Source of the DNA: Candidatus Krumholzibacteriia bacterium
GTDB lineage: Bacteria > Krumholzibacteriota > Krumholzibacteriia > LZORAL124-64-63
Assembly (NCBI GenBank): GCA_050174015.1
Contig: JBFXKG010000004.1
Span: 100,957 to 164,956, forward strand
Direction of reading: 5' to 3'
DNA length: 64,000 nucleotides
This document shows, piece after piece, positions 29,240 through 38,649 of the stretch. The notes beneath the pieces are model-generated. The model saw nothing but the letters and a program-made list of their open reading frames with translations. It was not told where the DNA came from and did no database searches. Positions within the stretch are counted from its first letter, which is position 1, and each line of letters starts with the position of its first letter. A program made the translations under genes and the position numbers.

Positions 29240-30085
29240 TTAGCCAACGACGGTGACGCCCCGTTCATCAACGGCGACCAAACGGAAATCGGGAAATCCG
29301 TAATCCGCTCCCTGGGTGTGCACCACCAGGTTGGGAGCGAGCCGCGCCGTCCCCTCCCCGTGGGTGTGGCCGCACAGCACCGTGAAGCTGCTGTCGGGGT
29401 GGGCCGCCGCGGTCCGCGCCAGCAGGTCCCCAACCGCCTTGCAGGTGAAGTGGGGCAGCCAGTCGGGATCGGAGATGCGGCCCTCGTGCCAGCAAGCCTC
29501 GGCGAAGGGGGGAACGTGGGTGAGGACGACCACCTGCCTGCCGCCGGCTGCCGCAGCCGTGAGTCCGGGTTCCAGGGCGGAGGCCTCCGCATCCCCCAGG
29601 CGCTGCAACCTTTCCTGGAGGGCGGTACCCCCTCCGTAGGACCGGCCGAACCCCCGCCGGTCGAACACCTCGTCCAGTTCCTCGATCAGCAGGTAGTCGT
29701 TCAGCACGACTCCCGATCCGGCGAAGTCCCCGAGGCGCGCGTCCCCCCAGCCTCCGCAGCCCACCAGGGTCGCGCCATCGCCCAGGGCGACCGGACCGGT
29801 CTGCGGTAGCCAGCGGAGCAGGGGGTGATCGAGCGCGCCGACCCTCTGCCGGATGCCCGCGATCGATCCGCCGTAGAAGTCGTGATTGCCGAGGACGAAG
29901 GAAATCGGCTTCCCGGTCCTGTCGGCGAGTTCCCGGAGGAAGAGTTCGAGCCGGGCGGCGGTGGCGATGTCACCCCCGAGCAGGACCGCCTCGACCCCCG
30001 CGGCCTCGAGGCGGTCGCAGAACCCGGCAACGCGTGCGGGGTCCGCATGGTCCAGATGAAGGTCCGTCGACCAGGCGAGGGTCAT
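29240..30085 (-). CDS. calcineurin-like metallophosphoesterase
   Basis: Start trimmed to MTLAWSTDLHLDH; motifs DLHLD, GGDIA, GNHD, GHTH. Confidence 0.7.
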   Translation of the reverse strand: MTLAWSTDLHLDHADPARVAGFCDRLEAAGVEAVLLGGDIATAARLELFLRELADRTGKPISFVLGNHDFYGGSIAGIRQRVGALDHPLLRWLPQTGPVALGDGATLVGCGGWGDARLGDFAGSGVVLNDYLLIEELDEVFDRRGFGRSYGGGTALQERLQRLGDAEASALEPGLTAAAAGGRQVVVLTHVPPFAEACWHEGRISDPDWLPHFTCKAVGDLLARTAAAHPDSSFTVLCGHTHGEGTARLAPNLVVHTQGADYGFPDFRLVAVDERGVTVVG

Positions 30086-30192
30086 GGCTGATTCCGAGGG
30101 CAAGGGGTCTCCTTCCGCATGGAGAAAGGAGGATACTCCCTGGCGGGACGGCCGTCACCTCTGATGGCCGGCCGCAGGCTGCGGCGCGATGT

Positions 30193-31224
30193 TCACGCGC
30201 GGGGCCGGCTCCGGAGCGCCCGGAAGCTGACCATCTTCTGCTGCTGCTCGTCCCAGAGGTTCATGGCCAGCGACCGCAGGCTGCGCCTGAGGGTCAGGGG
30301 AGACACCGCCTGCAGGACGGGGATGGTGTCCTGACAGGCCTGCAGGTGGTAGTTGGGGATGCGGGGCCGCAGGTGGTGGATGTGGTGCAGGCCGATGTTG
30401 CCCGTGATCCACTGGAGGATGCGCGGCAGCTTGTAGTAGGAGCTGCCCTTCAGGGCTGCGTCGAGGGGATCCCGCTGGTCCCCCGTCGCCCAGTAGGCGT
30501 CCTCGAACTGGTGCTGCACGTAGAAGAGCCAGACGCCCATGGTCCAGGAGATGACGATGACCGGCACCTGCACCAGCAGGTAGGTCTGCCAGCCCACCGT
30601 CAGGGCGGCGACCGTGAAGATCCCCGCCAGCGCCAGATTGGTGATCATCACGCTGGCGACCGCCCGCCAACCCGACCCGCGGTCGGGGATGCGGTAGGCG
30701 ATGATCGACAGCCAGAACGGCACCACCAGCAGCAGGAAGAACGGATTGCGGACCAGGCGGTAGCCGAGCCGGGTGAGGCGCGGCGCCTTGAGGTATTCCT
30801 CCACCGTCATGGTCCAGACGTCCCCGGTGCCCCGGTTGTCGAGATCCCCCGCCGTCGCGTGGTGGATGTTGTGGCTCCGCTTCCAGGCGTCGAAGGGCGT
30901 GAAGGTGAGGATGCCCGTGACGTACCCCACGATGCGGTTGGCCCGGCGCGAGGCGAAGTAGGAATCGTGGCAGCAGTCGTGGAAGAAGATGAAGATGCGG
31001 ATCGACAGGGCCGCCGCCACCGGAGCCATGGCCAGGGTCGCCGCGTAGGGCCATCCCTCGACCCGGCTGTAGACCATCAGGGCCAGCACCGTCAGGTAGG
31101 GGATGATGGTGTTGACGAGCTGCGCGACGGCCTTGCGGGTGTCCGACCGGCTGAACGGGGCGATGGCCCGGCTCCAGTCGGAGCGACCGCCCGGCTTCCC
31201 GGGCGTCCTGGACTCAGTGGTCAT
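30193..31224 (-). CDS. membrane fatty-acid desaturase
   Basis: Three His boxes (HDCCH, HNIHH, HHIHH) and TM-rich body; 343 aa. Confidence 0.85.
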   Translation of the reverse strand: MTTESRTPGKPGGRSDWSRAIAPFSRSDTRKAVAQLVNTIIPYLTVLALMVYSRVEGWPYAATLAMAPVAAALSIRIFIFFHDCCHDSYFASRRANRIVGYVTGILTFTPFDAWKRSHNIHHATAGDLDNRGTGDVWTMTVEEYLKAPRLTRLGYRLVRNPFFLLLVVPFWLSIIAYRIPDRGSGWRAVASVMITNLALAGIFTVAALTVGWQTYLLVQVPVIVISWTMGVWLFYVQHQFEDAYWATGDQRDPLDAALKGSSYYKLPRILQWITGNIGLHHIHHLRPRIPNYHLQACQDTIPVLQAVSPLTLRRSLRSLAMNLWDEQQQKMVSFRALRSRPRA

Positions 31225-31278
31225 GCATCCTCCCCGGGATGGGCGGCGAAGGGGGCTCCGGTCACGGGCAGGAGCGGA

Positions 31279-32142
31279 TCAATCCCAAGGTAGCACCGCT
31301 TGCCCGCGGCGGACAGGGTCGAGGGTGTCCCTGACCGCCCGGGAGAAGTCGGGGGAATCGCCGGCCGCCCGCGCCCGGTCGTTGATCCGCCACAGCCTGC
31401 GGGCTCCGTCCAGATCCTGCTCGCCGCGCAGGCGGCCCAGGCCGATCATCAGCTCGTCGGTGTAGCCGGGGAAAACGACCTTCCAGGTGGGGGGCACCAT
31501 CCCCGGCGCCACGGCGTTGACGTGGTCGCGCAACCGGGACGTGCAGTTGTCCGTCAGGGTGTTGTACCAGGCGGGTTCGCGCCCCAGGCGATCCGCCTCC
31601 ACCAGCAGGCTCACGAAGAGGTCGCGGATTCCCGCCCGCGGCGCCTCAACCGGGAAGAGATAGACGTCGTCGGGCCGCGAGACGGCGCGGTCCAGCAGCA
31701 GATCCCGCTCGTCGCCGACGATGTAGATCAGCTCGAAGGTGCGCAGCAGCCCGCGGTAGATCCCGTACTTCTCGCCCTTCTCCTTGCGGGCTTCGACGCT
31801 CACAGCCACGTAGGTCCCGTCGTCGAAGCCGAAGCTGAAGAAGCCGTGGGCGGGGCCGCGCCAGCCGTCCGGGTGGAAGACCGACAGGCCGTACCACAAG
31901 GACTCCAGTCGGCCGAGGTCGTAGGTTCGCGTCTCGAAGGTCCCGGCCGGGGCACCTCCCGGGGGGAACCGGAAGTCCCGGACGCCTTCGACCACCACCG
32001 TGTCCCCGGCGAAGGTGACCCTGGGCGTGACGGCGTGCTCGGGGATCCAGTCCCGCTCCAGGGAGGCAGGCCACAGGGCGAAGACCAGCCAGGCGAGGGC
32101 GAGGACGGGCAGCAACCCGAACAGAAAGATGCGTTTCTTCAC
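31279..32142 (-). CDS. exported hypothetical protein (possibly DUF4105-like)
   Basis: N-terminal signal/anchor MKKRIFLFGLLPVLALAWLVFALW; 287 aa. The family assignment is a guess from memory. Confidence 0.5.
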   Translation of the reverse strand: MKKRIFLFGLLPVLALAWLVFALWPASLERDWIPEHAVTPRVTFAGDTVVVEGVRDFRFPPGGAPAGTFETRTYDLGRLESLWYGLSVFHPDGWRGPAHGFFSFGFDDGTYVAVSVEARKEKGEKYGIYRGLLRTFELIYIVGDERDLLLDRAVSRPDDVYLFPVEAPRAGIRDLFVSLLVEADRLGREPAWYNTLTDNCTSRLRDHVNAVAPGMVPPTWKVVFPGYTDELMIGLGRLRGEQDLDGARRLWRINDRARAAGDSPDFSRAVRDTLDPVRRGQAVLPWD

Positions 32143-32376
32143 CGGCTCGTCACTCCTCCATTCCGGGCGACCCTACTTCCACGGTGAAGGCCAGGGAATC
32201 GTTTTCGGGGTCGGCATCGCCGGGGGAACGACCGCAGGCGCCGGGCATGGGATCCAATGTATCACCCCGGGTCCGGACCTTCAATTCCCGCCGGACCGGT
32301 CGGAATTTCCTCGATCCTCCCGGGAATCTGGTACAATGGTCTCAATTCTCCACACGATTCCCAAAGGAGGAACCGG

Positions 32377-32955
32377 ATGAAATTTGCTATCGCCACTCTT
32401 CTCGTCCTGATCATGGGATCCTCGACCTTCGCAAGCCCGGTCGATCCATGGGACGCCATGGTCCTTTCCTTCGGCACCACTTATTACGAGCGCACGGCCT
32501 ACGCCCCGATGTTGACCCACCTGCCGGTGTACATCATCTACAACTGGCCTGAGGAGCCAGCGGTATGGGGTTTCGAGTGCTCCGTGGAAGTCATGGGCGC
32601 GACCAACAGCTTGCTGTCGACCACCTCGTTTCCCATGCCTTCGATCGACGTCGGGGACAAGAATCCGGTCTCCCATGTGTACAACTTCATCGTGGGGTAC
32701 AACGAGCCCATGGTGACCCAGGGCCTCACCGTGCTGGCGACCTTGGACCTGTTCTACCTCGACACCGCCCCCCTGGCGCTCATGCTGGGCGAATCCAACC
32801 CCTCGTCCCTGGACGAGGGTTATCCGGCGATCCTTCTGCCCGACGGCAGCGTACGGTCGGTTTGGATCGAAAACTGCGCCTGCGTGAACCAGGACTGCTG
32901 CTACATCGAGACCGAGGAGACGTCCTTCGGAACAGTCAAGAGCCTGTTCAGGTAA
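32377..32955 (+). CDS. hypothetical secreted protein (192 aa) in a locally low-GC segment
   Basis: Start trimmed to MKFAIATLLVLIMGSSTFASP (signal peptide) with RBS caaaggaggaaccggATG. By eye the GC content is roughly 58%, against roughly 69% for the flanks. Confidence 0.55.
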   Translation: MKFAIATLLVLIMGSSTFASPVDPWDAMVLSFGTTYYERTAYAPMLTHLPVYIIYNWPEEPAVWGFECSVEVMGATNSLLSTTSFPMPSIDVGDKNPVSHVYNFIVGYNEPMVTQGLTVLATLDLFYLDTAPLALMLGESNPSSLDEGYPAILLPDGSVRSVWIENCACVNQDCCYIETEETSFGTVKSLFR

Positions 32956-33034
32956 GGTCCGGACATTCCATCTCGAGGAGGACGACCCGCTTCGGCGGGT
33001 CTTCCCCTTCCCCGGACAGGCCAACCTCGGTTCT

Positions 33035-35638
33035 TCACCGTACCAGGGTGATCCTCCGGGTCCGCACGGTCCCCTCCGCTTCCAGCCGCACCAGGTAGAC
33101 GCCGCTGGACTGGGGACGCCCGGAATGGTCCGATCCATCCCAGATCACCTCGTGCCTGCCTTCCCCTCTCGCTCCTTCCACCAGGACCCTCACCAGGCGG
33201 CCGGCCGGATCGAAAACGCCCAGCCTTACGGAAGCCGCGCGAGGCAACTCGAACGTGACCTCGGTGTGGGGATTGAACGGGTTCGGCCGCGCCGGATGCA
33301 ACTGCACGCCGGACACCGCAGCCGGCACGTCCGGCGAACCGGTCACCGGTTCGAGCAGCGGCCGCTCGTACGCCCCGTTCCCGTGGCCGGCGATGCGCAG
33401 CATCCGGTCACCCGGCGAAATCGCGAGGTCCATGACCATGACGGCTCCCGGCAATCCCTCGCTGAAGGCGAACCACGACTGCCCGGAGTTCACCGTTGCG
33501 AAGACGCCCAGATCCGTCCCCACGTAGACGTTCTGGGAATCCTGGGGATCGACCACCACCGCCTGGGTCGGCACGTCCGGCAGGCCGGCGCCCACGTCCT
33601 GCCAGGTCGCTCCCGCATCGTCGGTCCGGAAGACGTGGCTCGTTCCGAAACCCGAGAACGTGATCCAGACCACGGCGTCTTCCGCCGGATCGATGGCCAG
33701 GCCCACCGGGTACCGGTCCGGAAGGTCCCGGGTCACGTTGGTCCAGGTCGCCCCGCCGTCGAGGGTGCGGAACACCCCCGCCCGGGCGGTCACCGGAGCG
33801 GTGGTGACGTAGGCCGTCCTGCTGTCCGCCTGCGAGACTTCCAGGGCGAGAGCTGGATTCCCGTCGAGGGCGTACCCCCCGTTGGTCACCGCCCAGGTTT
33901 CGCCCTGGTCGAGGCTCTTGAGGACGAGACTGCCGCCGGCGTAGATCACGCCGGGTTCGGCGGGACCGCCCAGGGCGTACGGCGCGATGAACCCCGCGCT
34001 GCCGGCTCCGGGCAGCGCGAGCTCGACCCAGTTCGCGCCCGCATCCCGCGAACGCAACATGCCCAGGTACTGGTAGGACCCGAACAGCGTCGCGTCGTCG
34101 GTCGGATCGATGGCCGCGCATGACCCGTCACCACCGATCACCCTCGTCCAGGCCACGCTGCCGGTGTAGATGGCCGTGGCGTTGTCCTGCATGCCGCCGA
34201 TAGCCAGGTCCGGATCGGTCGGCGAACAGGCGAATCCGGGATAGAACTGCTGGGTCTGGTAGCCTCCGTTGCAGCCGGCGAACGTCAATCCCCCGTTCAG
34301 CGAGCGGAAGATGCCCCCGTCGTTGGCGAAATAGACGATGTCGGGATTCGTCGGATGCCACGCCACGTCGTGGTGGTCGGCATGGGAGTAGTTCGGCGGA
34401 CCTTCCGGCCCCCCCGGAGGCACCTGGCCGAAGATCCAGGCCCGCCAGTCCGACCGCTTGGCAAGGCTCGCCCCGCCGTTCACGCTGCGCCAGATGTCGA
34501 TGCCCACGGCCATCACCAGGAAGGGGTCGGTCGGGCTCACCGCGACGTCGTGGGAGAACCAGCCCTGCCACTGGCTGTAATCGGTGGTGGACTTCACGGT
34601 CCAGGTCGATCCCGCGTCCTGGGATCGCCCCAGCCAGGTGCCCGATGCCCCCAGGCCCCCGTTGCCGATGCTGACGTACATGACGTCGGGCTGGCCAGTG
34701 CAGACCGCCAGCTGGGCCTTTCCCAGGTAGCTGGACGGTCCGATGTTCTGGGCGACACGGAGCCAGTTCAGCCCTCCGTCGGTCGTGCGGTAGATTCCCG
34801 CCTGGGGGCTGCCCAGGTTGCCGGCCGCGATGACCACCGTGTCCGGATGGACGGTGTGGATCACCAGGTCGGTGACCATGGGGATGGCGTTCACCTGGAC
34901 CCAGCTGGATCCGCCGTCGGTGGTCTTGTAGACCCCCTCCGTGGTTCCGGCCCAGACCGTCCTGCGGTCGAGTGGATCGACCCGCACCACCTGGACTCCC
35001 CTCTGCTGGTCGTACGACCAGTCCAGGGACTTGTGCCAGGTGGCGCCTCCGTTGGTCGACCTGAGCACGCCGATGCCGAAACTGCCCCGGGTCAGCCTCA
35101 CCGAGAGCCCGCCCTGGGTGTCGTCGTACGAATAGACCTCCCCCGTGCCGATGTAGATGGTCAACGAATCGTCCGGCGCGAAGGCCACCGACCCCACCCC
35201 CAGCACCGGATGCCCGGTCTCGACCCTTTCCCAGGCGGCCGCACCCACGCCCCCGGTGTAGCTTCGCCACAGGCCGCCGCTTGCCGATCCGGCCCAGACC
35301 GTCGTGGGATTCTGGGGATTGAAGGCGATACACAGGGTGCGTCCGCCGATGTTGTGCGGGCCGATGGCCACCCAGCTGGAGCCGCCGGTCTTGGCCGCCG
35401 GAGCGCGCCGCATCCTGTCGCGGGCGAAGGTGAAGGCCTCGGCGTAGCCGGACCGGGGCAGATCCCGCCCGGGATAGGCCCGCTGGCGGGCGAGGAATTC
35501 CATGGCCTGGCCGGCGCCCGAAAGGGCCGGAGCCCTGCCCGCCCCCCCTGGGGCCGGATCATCCAGGCTGAACAACAGGCCCAGGCTGACGGTGGCCACC
35601 ACAGCGGCCACGAGACCGGGAACAGGAACTCGCTTCAT
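33035..35638 (-). CDS. BNR/Asp-box repeat (sortilin/Vps10- or GH74-like) secreted protein with T9SS-type C-terminal sorting domain
   Basis: Signal peptide; multiple S/T-x-D-G-G-x-T/S-W Asp-box repeats (STNGGATW, TTDGGSSW, TTDGGLNW, SQDAGSTW, SVNGGASL, TLDGGATW, TDDAGATW); tail PNPFNPHTEVTF...GVYLVRLEAEGTVRTRRITLVR. Confidence 0.75.
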   Translation of the reverse strand: MKRVPVPGLVAAVVATVSLGLLFSLDDPAPGGAGRAPALSGAGQAMEFLARQRAYPGRDLPRSGYAEAFTFARDRMRRAPAAKTGGSSWVAIGPHNIGGRTLCIAFNPQNPTTVWAGSASGGLWRSYTGGVGAAAWERVETGHPVLGVGSVAFAPDDSLTIYIGTGEVYSYDDTQGGLSVRLTRGSFGIGVLRSTNGGATWHKSLDWSYDQQRGVQVVRVDPLDRRTVWAGTTEGVYKTTDGGSSWVQVNAIPMVTDLVIHTVHPDTVVIAAGNLGSPQAGIYRTTDGGLNWLRVAQNIGPSSYLGKAQLAVCTGQPDVMYVSIGNGGLGASGTWLGRSQDAGSTWTVKSTTDYSQWQGWFSHDVAVSPTDPFLVMAVGIDIWRSVNGGASLAKRSDWRAWIFGQVPPGGPEGPPNYSHADHHDVAWHPTNPDIVYFANDGGIFRSLNGGLTFAGCNGGYQTQQFYPGFACSPTDPDLAIGGMQDNATAIYTGSVAWTRVIGGDGSCAAIDPTDDATLFGSYQYLGMLRSRDAGANWVELALPGAGSAGFIAPYALGGPAEPGVIYAGGSLVLKSLDQGETWAVTNGGYALDGNPALALEVSQADSRTAYVTTAPVTARAGVFRTLDGGATWTNVTRDLPDRYPVGLAIDPAEDAVVWITFSGFGTSHVFRTDDAGATWQDVGAGLPDVPTQAVVVDPQDSQNVYVGTDLGVFATVNSGQSWFAFSEGLPGAVMVMDLAISPGDRMLRIAGHGNGAYERPLLEPVTGSPDVPAAVSGVQLHPARPNPFNPHTEVTFELPRAASVRLGVFDPAGRLVRVLVEGARGEGRHEVIWDGSDHSGRPQSSGVYLVRLEAEGTVRTRRITLVR

Positions 35639-35803
35639 GCATCGCGCCTTCCGCGGCGCCGGGGGATACGCCCAGGGGGTCGTCCATCAGGATACGGCAT
35701 CCGCGCCCCCCGCAACAGTCCGCCGGCGCCTTGCGTCTTGACAAGGCGTTCCCATGAGCCTGTCATTGGGCCGTCCCAAACAGTCCCCAGCCCGGAGGCC
35801 GCC

Positions 35804-37078
35804 ATGCGTGTTCACGTCGCCGCCATTCTGCTTGTGGGCCTTGCCGCCGGCGCCCTCGCTGACGAGCCGACCCTGCCCCGGACCATGATGGATTTCTACC
35901 GGCTGGCCTCCGGTGCCGAGCGCCAAGGGGAGACGGGCGCTGCCCGCGACCATTACCGGGCCGGACTCGCGGCCGTTCCCCAGAGCCCCCACCTGTGGCT
36001 GGGCGTGGTCCGCACCAGCGCGGCCCTGCAGGACGAGGCGGCGTGCCTCGAGGCGCTGCGGCGTCTGGCCGCTCTCGGCGCGGCTTTCGATCCGGCGGGC
36101 GACGCTGCCGTCGCCTCTCTTCTCGGGAAGCCGGAATTCGCGGCAGCCGCCGCCGCCATCGCCCGCAACGCGGCGCCGCCGCCGCCCGCTCCGGTCGTCG
36201 CGACCTTCGCCGACCCCGATCTGTGGAACGAGGGGATCGCCTGCGACCTCGACACCGGCGATCTCTATGCCGGCAGCGTCAAGCTGAGCAAGCTGCTGAG
36301 GATCCGCGACGGGGTGGAATCCCTCCTGGGAACCTCGGCGAACGACGGTCTCCTGGAGATCCTGGGCCTGGACGTGGACGAACAGCGCAGGCACCTGTGG
36401 GCGGTCACCGGCCGCGACTCGACCGAGGCCGGGGCCCCCCACGACTTCGGCGAGGCGCCCAGAGCCAACGCCCTGGTCCAGTACGACCTGGAATCCGGGG
36501 CGCAACTGGCGGTCTACCCCATGGTCTTCGACGGGCGCACCCACATGTGGAACGACGTTTCGGTGAGTCCGGACGGGACCGCGTACTTCACCGACCTGGC
36601 CGCATCCGAGGTCTACCGGCTTCCGCCCGGGGGCAAGCCCGAGGTGATCCTCGACGGCACCGATTTCCAGTACTTCAACGGAATCGTGGTCGATGACACC
36701 GGAACCCTGCTGTACGTCGCGGCCCTGGAGGGCGTGGTGGTCATCGATCTCGCCGACCTGAGCGCCGCCCTCCTCGATTGCCCGCCCGACGTCTACGCGG
36801 GCCTGGGGGACGGCATGGCCATCGGGGGAGGCGACCTCTTCATCGTGCAGAACAACGGCTTGCTCAATCAGAGGATCCTGCGTGTCCGGCTGGATGAGAC
36901 CGGACGCAGGGCCCTTGGCGCCGAGACGGTGCCCTGTGGACTGCCCGATGGGCTCATGCCCTACACTTGCGCCCTCGGGAACGGCGTTCTCTACGTGAAT
37001 GGGACGCCCCCGTTCGCCGAGTACGATGGGGAGGATTTCGCCCGACCCTCGGTGATCGTGGCCCTGAAAATCGACTGA
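35804..37078 (+). CDS. periplasmic beta-propeller protein, SMP-30/gluconolactonase/LRE-like (SGL) family
   Basis: Start trimmed to MRVHVAAILLVGLAAGALA (signal peptide), RBS cccggaggccgccATG. N-terminal TPR-like segment, then SGL-type propeller motifs (SVSPDGTAYFTD, LLYVA). Confidence 0.6.
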   Translation: MRVHVAAILLVGLAAGALADEPTLPRTMMDFYRLASGAERQGETGAARDHYRAGLAAVPQSPHLWLGVVRTSAALQDEAACLEALRRLAALGAAFDPAGDAAVASLLGKPEFAAAAAAIARNAAPPPPAPVVATFADPDLWNEGIACDLDTGDLYAGSVKLSKLLRIRDGVESLLGTSANDGLLEILGLDVDEQRRHLWAVTGRDSTEAGAPHDFGEAPRANALVQYDLESGAQLAVYPMVFDGRTHMWNDVSVSPDGTAYFTDLAASEVYRLPPGGKPEVILDGTDFQYFNGIVVDDTGTLLYVAALEGVVVIDLADLSAALLDCPPDVYAGLGDGMAIGGGDLFIVQNNGLLNQRILRVRLDETGRRALGAETVPCGLPDGLMPYTCALGNGVLYVNGTPPFAEYDGEDFARPSVIVALKID

Positions 37079-37122
37079 ACCGACTGGTTTCTTTAGATTT
37101 GTGCCAGTCCGAAAAATACTTG

Positions 37123-37151
37123 TTGAAACAATTTTCCTTTATACATATATT
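37123..37151 (+). promoter_or_regulatory. sigma70-like promoter for the marR-yceI operon
   Basis: TTGAAA (37123-37128), 17-nt spacer, TATATT (37146-37151), in a locally AT-rich segment 40 nt upstream of the MarR TTG start. Confidence 0.45.
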
Positions 37152-37191
37152 ATTCCCCAAGGCCCGGGCAACCAATGGAAGGACGTCGCCC

Positions 37192-37662
37192 TTGTCGACC
37201 CTGAAGCAGGAACTGAAACAGAAGCAGCCGTTCGCCGCGCCCCAGCAGGAGGTGTTCCTGAACGTGCAACGCACCGCCGGAATCCTGAACGGCCCCCTGT
37301 TGAAGCTCCTGCGCTGCGAGGGATTGAGCCCGCCCCTCTACAACATCCTGCGGATCCTCCGGGGACAGAAGGGCGAGGGCCTGTCCTGCTCCAGCATCGG
37401 CGAGCGGATGGTCACCAGGGATCCCGACGTGACCAGGCTCATCGACCGCCTCGAGAAGGGCGGCCTGGTCGAACGGGAGCGGTCAGCCGAAGACCGGCGC
37501 GTCGTTCTGATCAGCATCACCGCCGCCGGGATGGCGGTGCTGGCGAAGCTGGACCGCCCCGTCCTGGATCTGCACCGGGATCTGCTGGGGCATCTGACCG
37601 TGAAGGAAATGGCCGAGCTGAACCGCCTCCTCGTGAAGGCGCGCCAGCCGCATGTAGCATAG
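37192..37662 (+). CDS. MarR-family transcriptional regulator
   Basis: wHTH MarR fold (LSPPLYNILRIL...LSCSSIGERMVTRDPDVTRLIDRLEKGGLVERERSAEDRRVVLISIT). Start set to the in-frame TTG at 37192 (GGAAGG 9 nt upstream); no in-frame ATG gives a sensible N-terminus. About 156 aa. Confidence 0.7.
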   Translation: MSTLKQELKQKQPFAAPQQEVFLNVQRTAGILNGPLLKLLRCEGLSPPLYNILRILRGQKGEGLSCSSIGERMVTRDPDVTRLIDRLEKGGLVERERSAEDRRVVLISITAAGMAVLAKLDRPVLDLHRDLLGHLTVKEMAELNRLLVKARQPHVA

Positions 37663-37724
37663 ACCGCATGAAACCGTGAACGAGGCCGCCCTAAGGGCCG
37701 CCGACATAATCAGGAGTTCCCGAC

Positions 37725-38318
37725 ATGAAAACGAAACTGACCCTTCTCGCCCTGAGCACCGTGATGGCCGTCGCCGCCCTGCCTGCGGCCGCGGCCCCGT
37801 ACGACATCGACACCGCCCACAGCTCGGTGGGATTCCAGATCAAGCACCTTGCCATCAGCAAGGTCAACGGCGCCTTCAACGAGTTCTCCGGGAACTTCGT
37901 GTTCGTCGAAGGGGATCCCTCGCAGTGGTCCGCCGAGGCCGTCATCCAGGCTGCCTCCATCGACACGGGCAACAAGGACCGTGACGACCACCTGCGTTCC
38001 GCCGACTTCTTCGACGTCGAGAACTTCCCGACCATCACCTTCAAGTCCACCGGGGTGACCATGACCAACGCGACCGAAGGCGTGATGAAGGGTGCATTGA
38101 CCATGCACGGGGTGACGAAGGACGTCGAACTCGACCTGGAGTTCCTGGGCACCGTGACCGATCCCTGGGGCAACGAAAAGGCCGGCTTCTCCCTGTCCGG
38201 CAAGATCGACCGGCGGGATTTCGGCCTGACCTGGAGCAAGGCCCTGGAGACCGGCGGCCTGGTCGTGGACCACACCGTGAAGATCATGCTGGAGATCGAG
38301 GGCAACAAGGCCAAGTAG
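37725..38318 (+). CDS. YceI-family periplasmic protein
   Basis: Signal peptide, then the YceI-like signature (YDIDTAHSSVGFQIKHLAISKVNGAFNEFSG ... HGVTKDV). RBS aatcaggagttcccgacATG. Confidence 0.85.
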   Translation: MKTKLTLLALSTVMAVAALPAAAAPYDIDTAHSSVGFQIKHLAISKVNGAFNEFSGNFVFVEGDPSQWSAEAVIQAASIDTGNKDRDDHLRSADFFDVENFPTITFKSTGVTMTNATEGVMKGALTMHGVTKDVELDLEFLGTVTDPWGNEKAGFSLSGKIDRRDFGLTWSKALETGGLVVDHTVKIMLEIEGNKAK

Positions 38319-38433
38319 CCTGCCCGGACCATTCGGCCTCGCCCGGGGGCCGGGCCTGATCGGCCCGGCCCCGCTCGTTTCCGGTGGCCCGCGGTCCGGC
38401 CCGGGATTAGATTTCCCCCCGAAGGAGGGCGCC

Positions 38434-38640
38434 ATGTTTTTGATGGTCGGGATGCGGCCGTTTCACAAGGATCTCGGGCCGGTCGATTATCGCACCTGCA
38501 CCCACTGCAACAACCACTCGCGGTGGCGGCGGTCCGAGCTGTCCAACCGCCTGACGGTGTTCTTCCTCCCCGTGCTGACCCTCAACCGCAGCACCTGGGA
38601 CGTCTGCCCCGTCTGCGGGCGGGGCTACGAGGTCGGTTGA
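38434..38640 (+). CDS. small zinc-ribbon protein (68 aa)
   Basis: CTHCNN ... CPVCGRG: two CxxC pairs. RBS cgaaggagggcgccATG. Confidence 0.45.
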   Translation: MFLMVGMRPFHKDLGPVDYRTCTHCNNHSRWRRSELSNRLTVFFLPVLTLNRSTWDVCPVCGRGYEVG

Positions 38641-38649
38641 TCTTCCGGG

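Noticed and set aside
35687-36544. 285-aa minus-strand ORF and the 34355..37078 N-terminal 480 aa of the plus ORF
   Set aside because: Antisense to, or upstream read-through of, the real genes (BNR protein on minus; SGL propeller starting at 35804 on plus).
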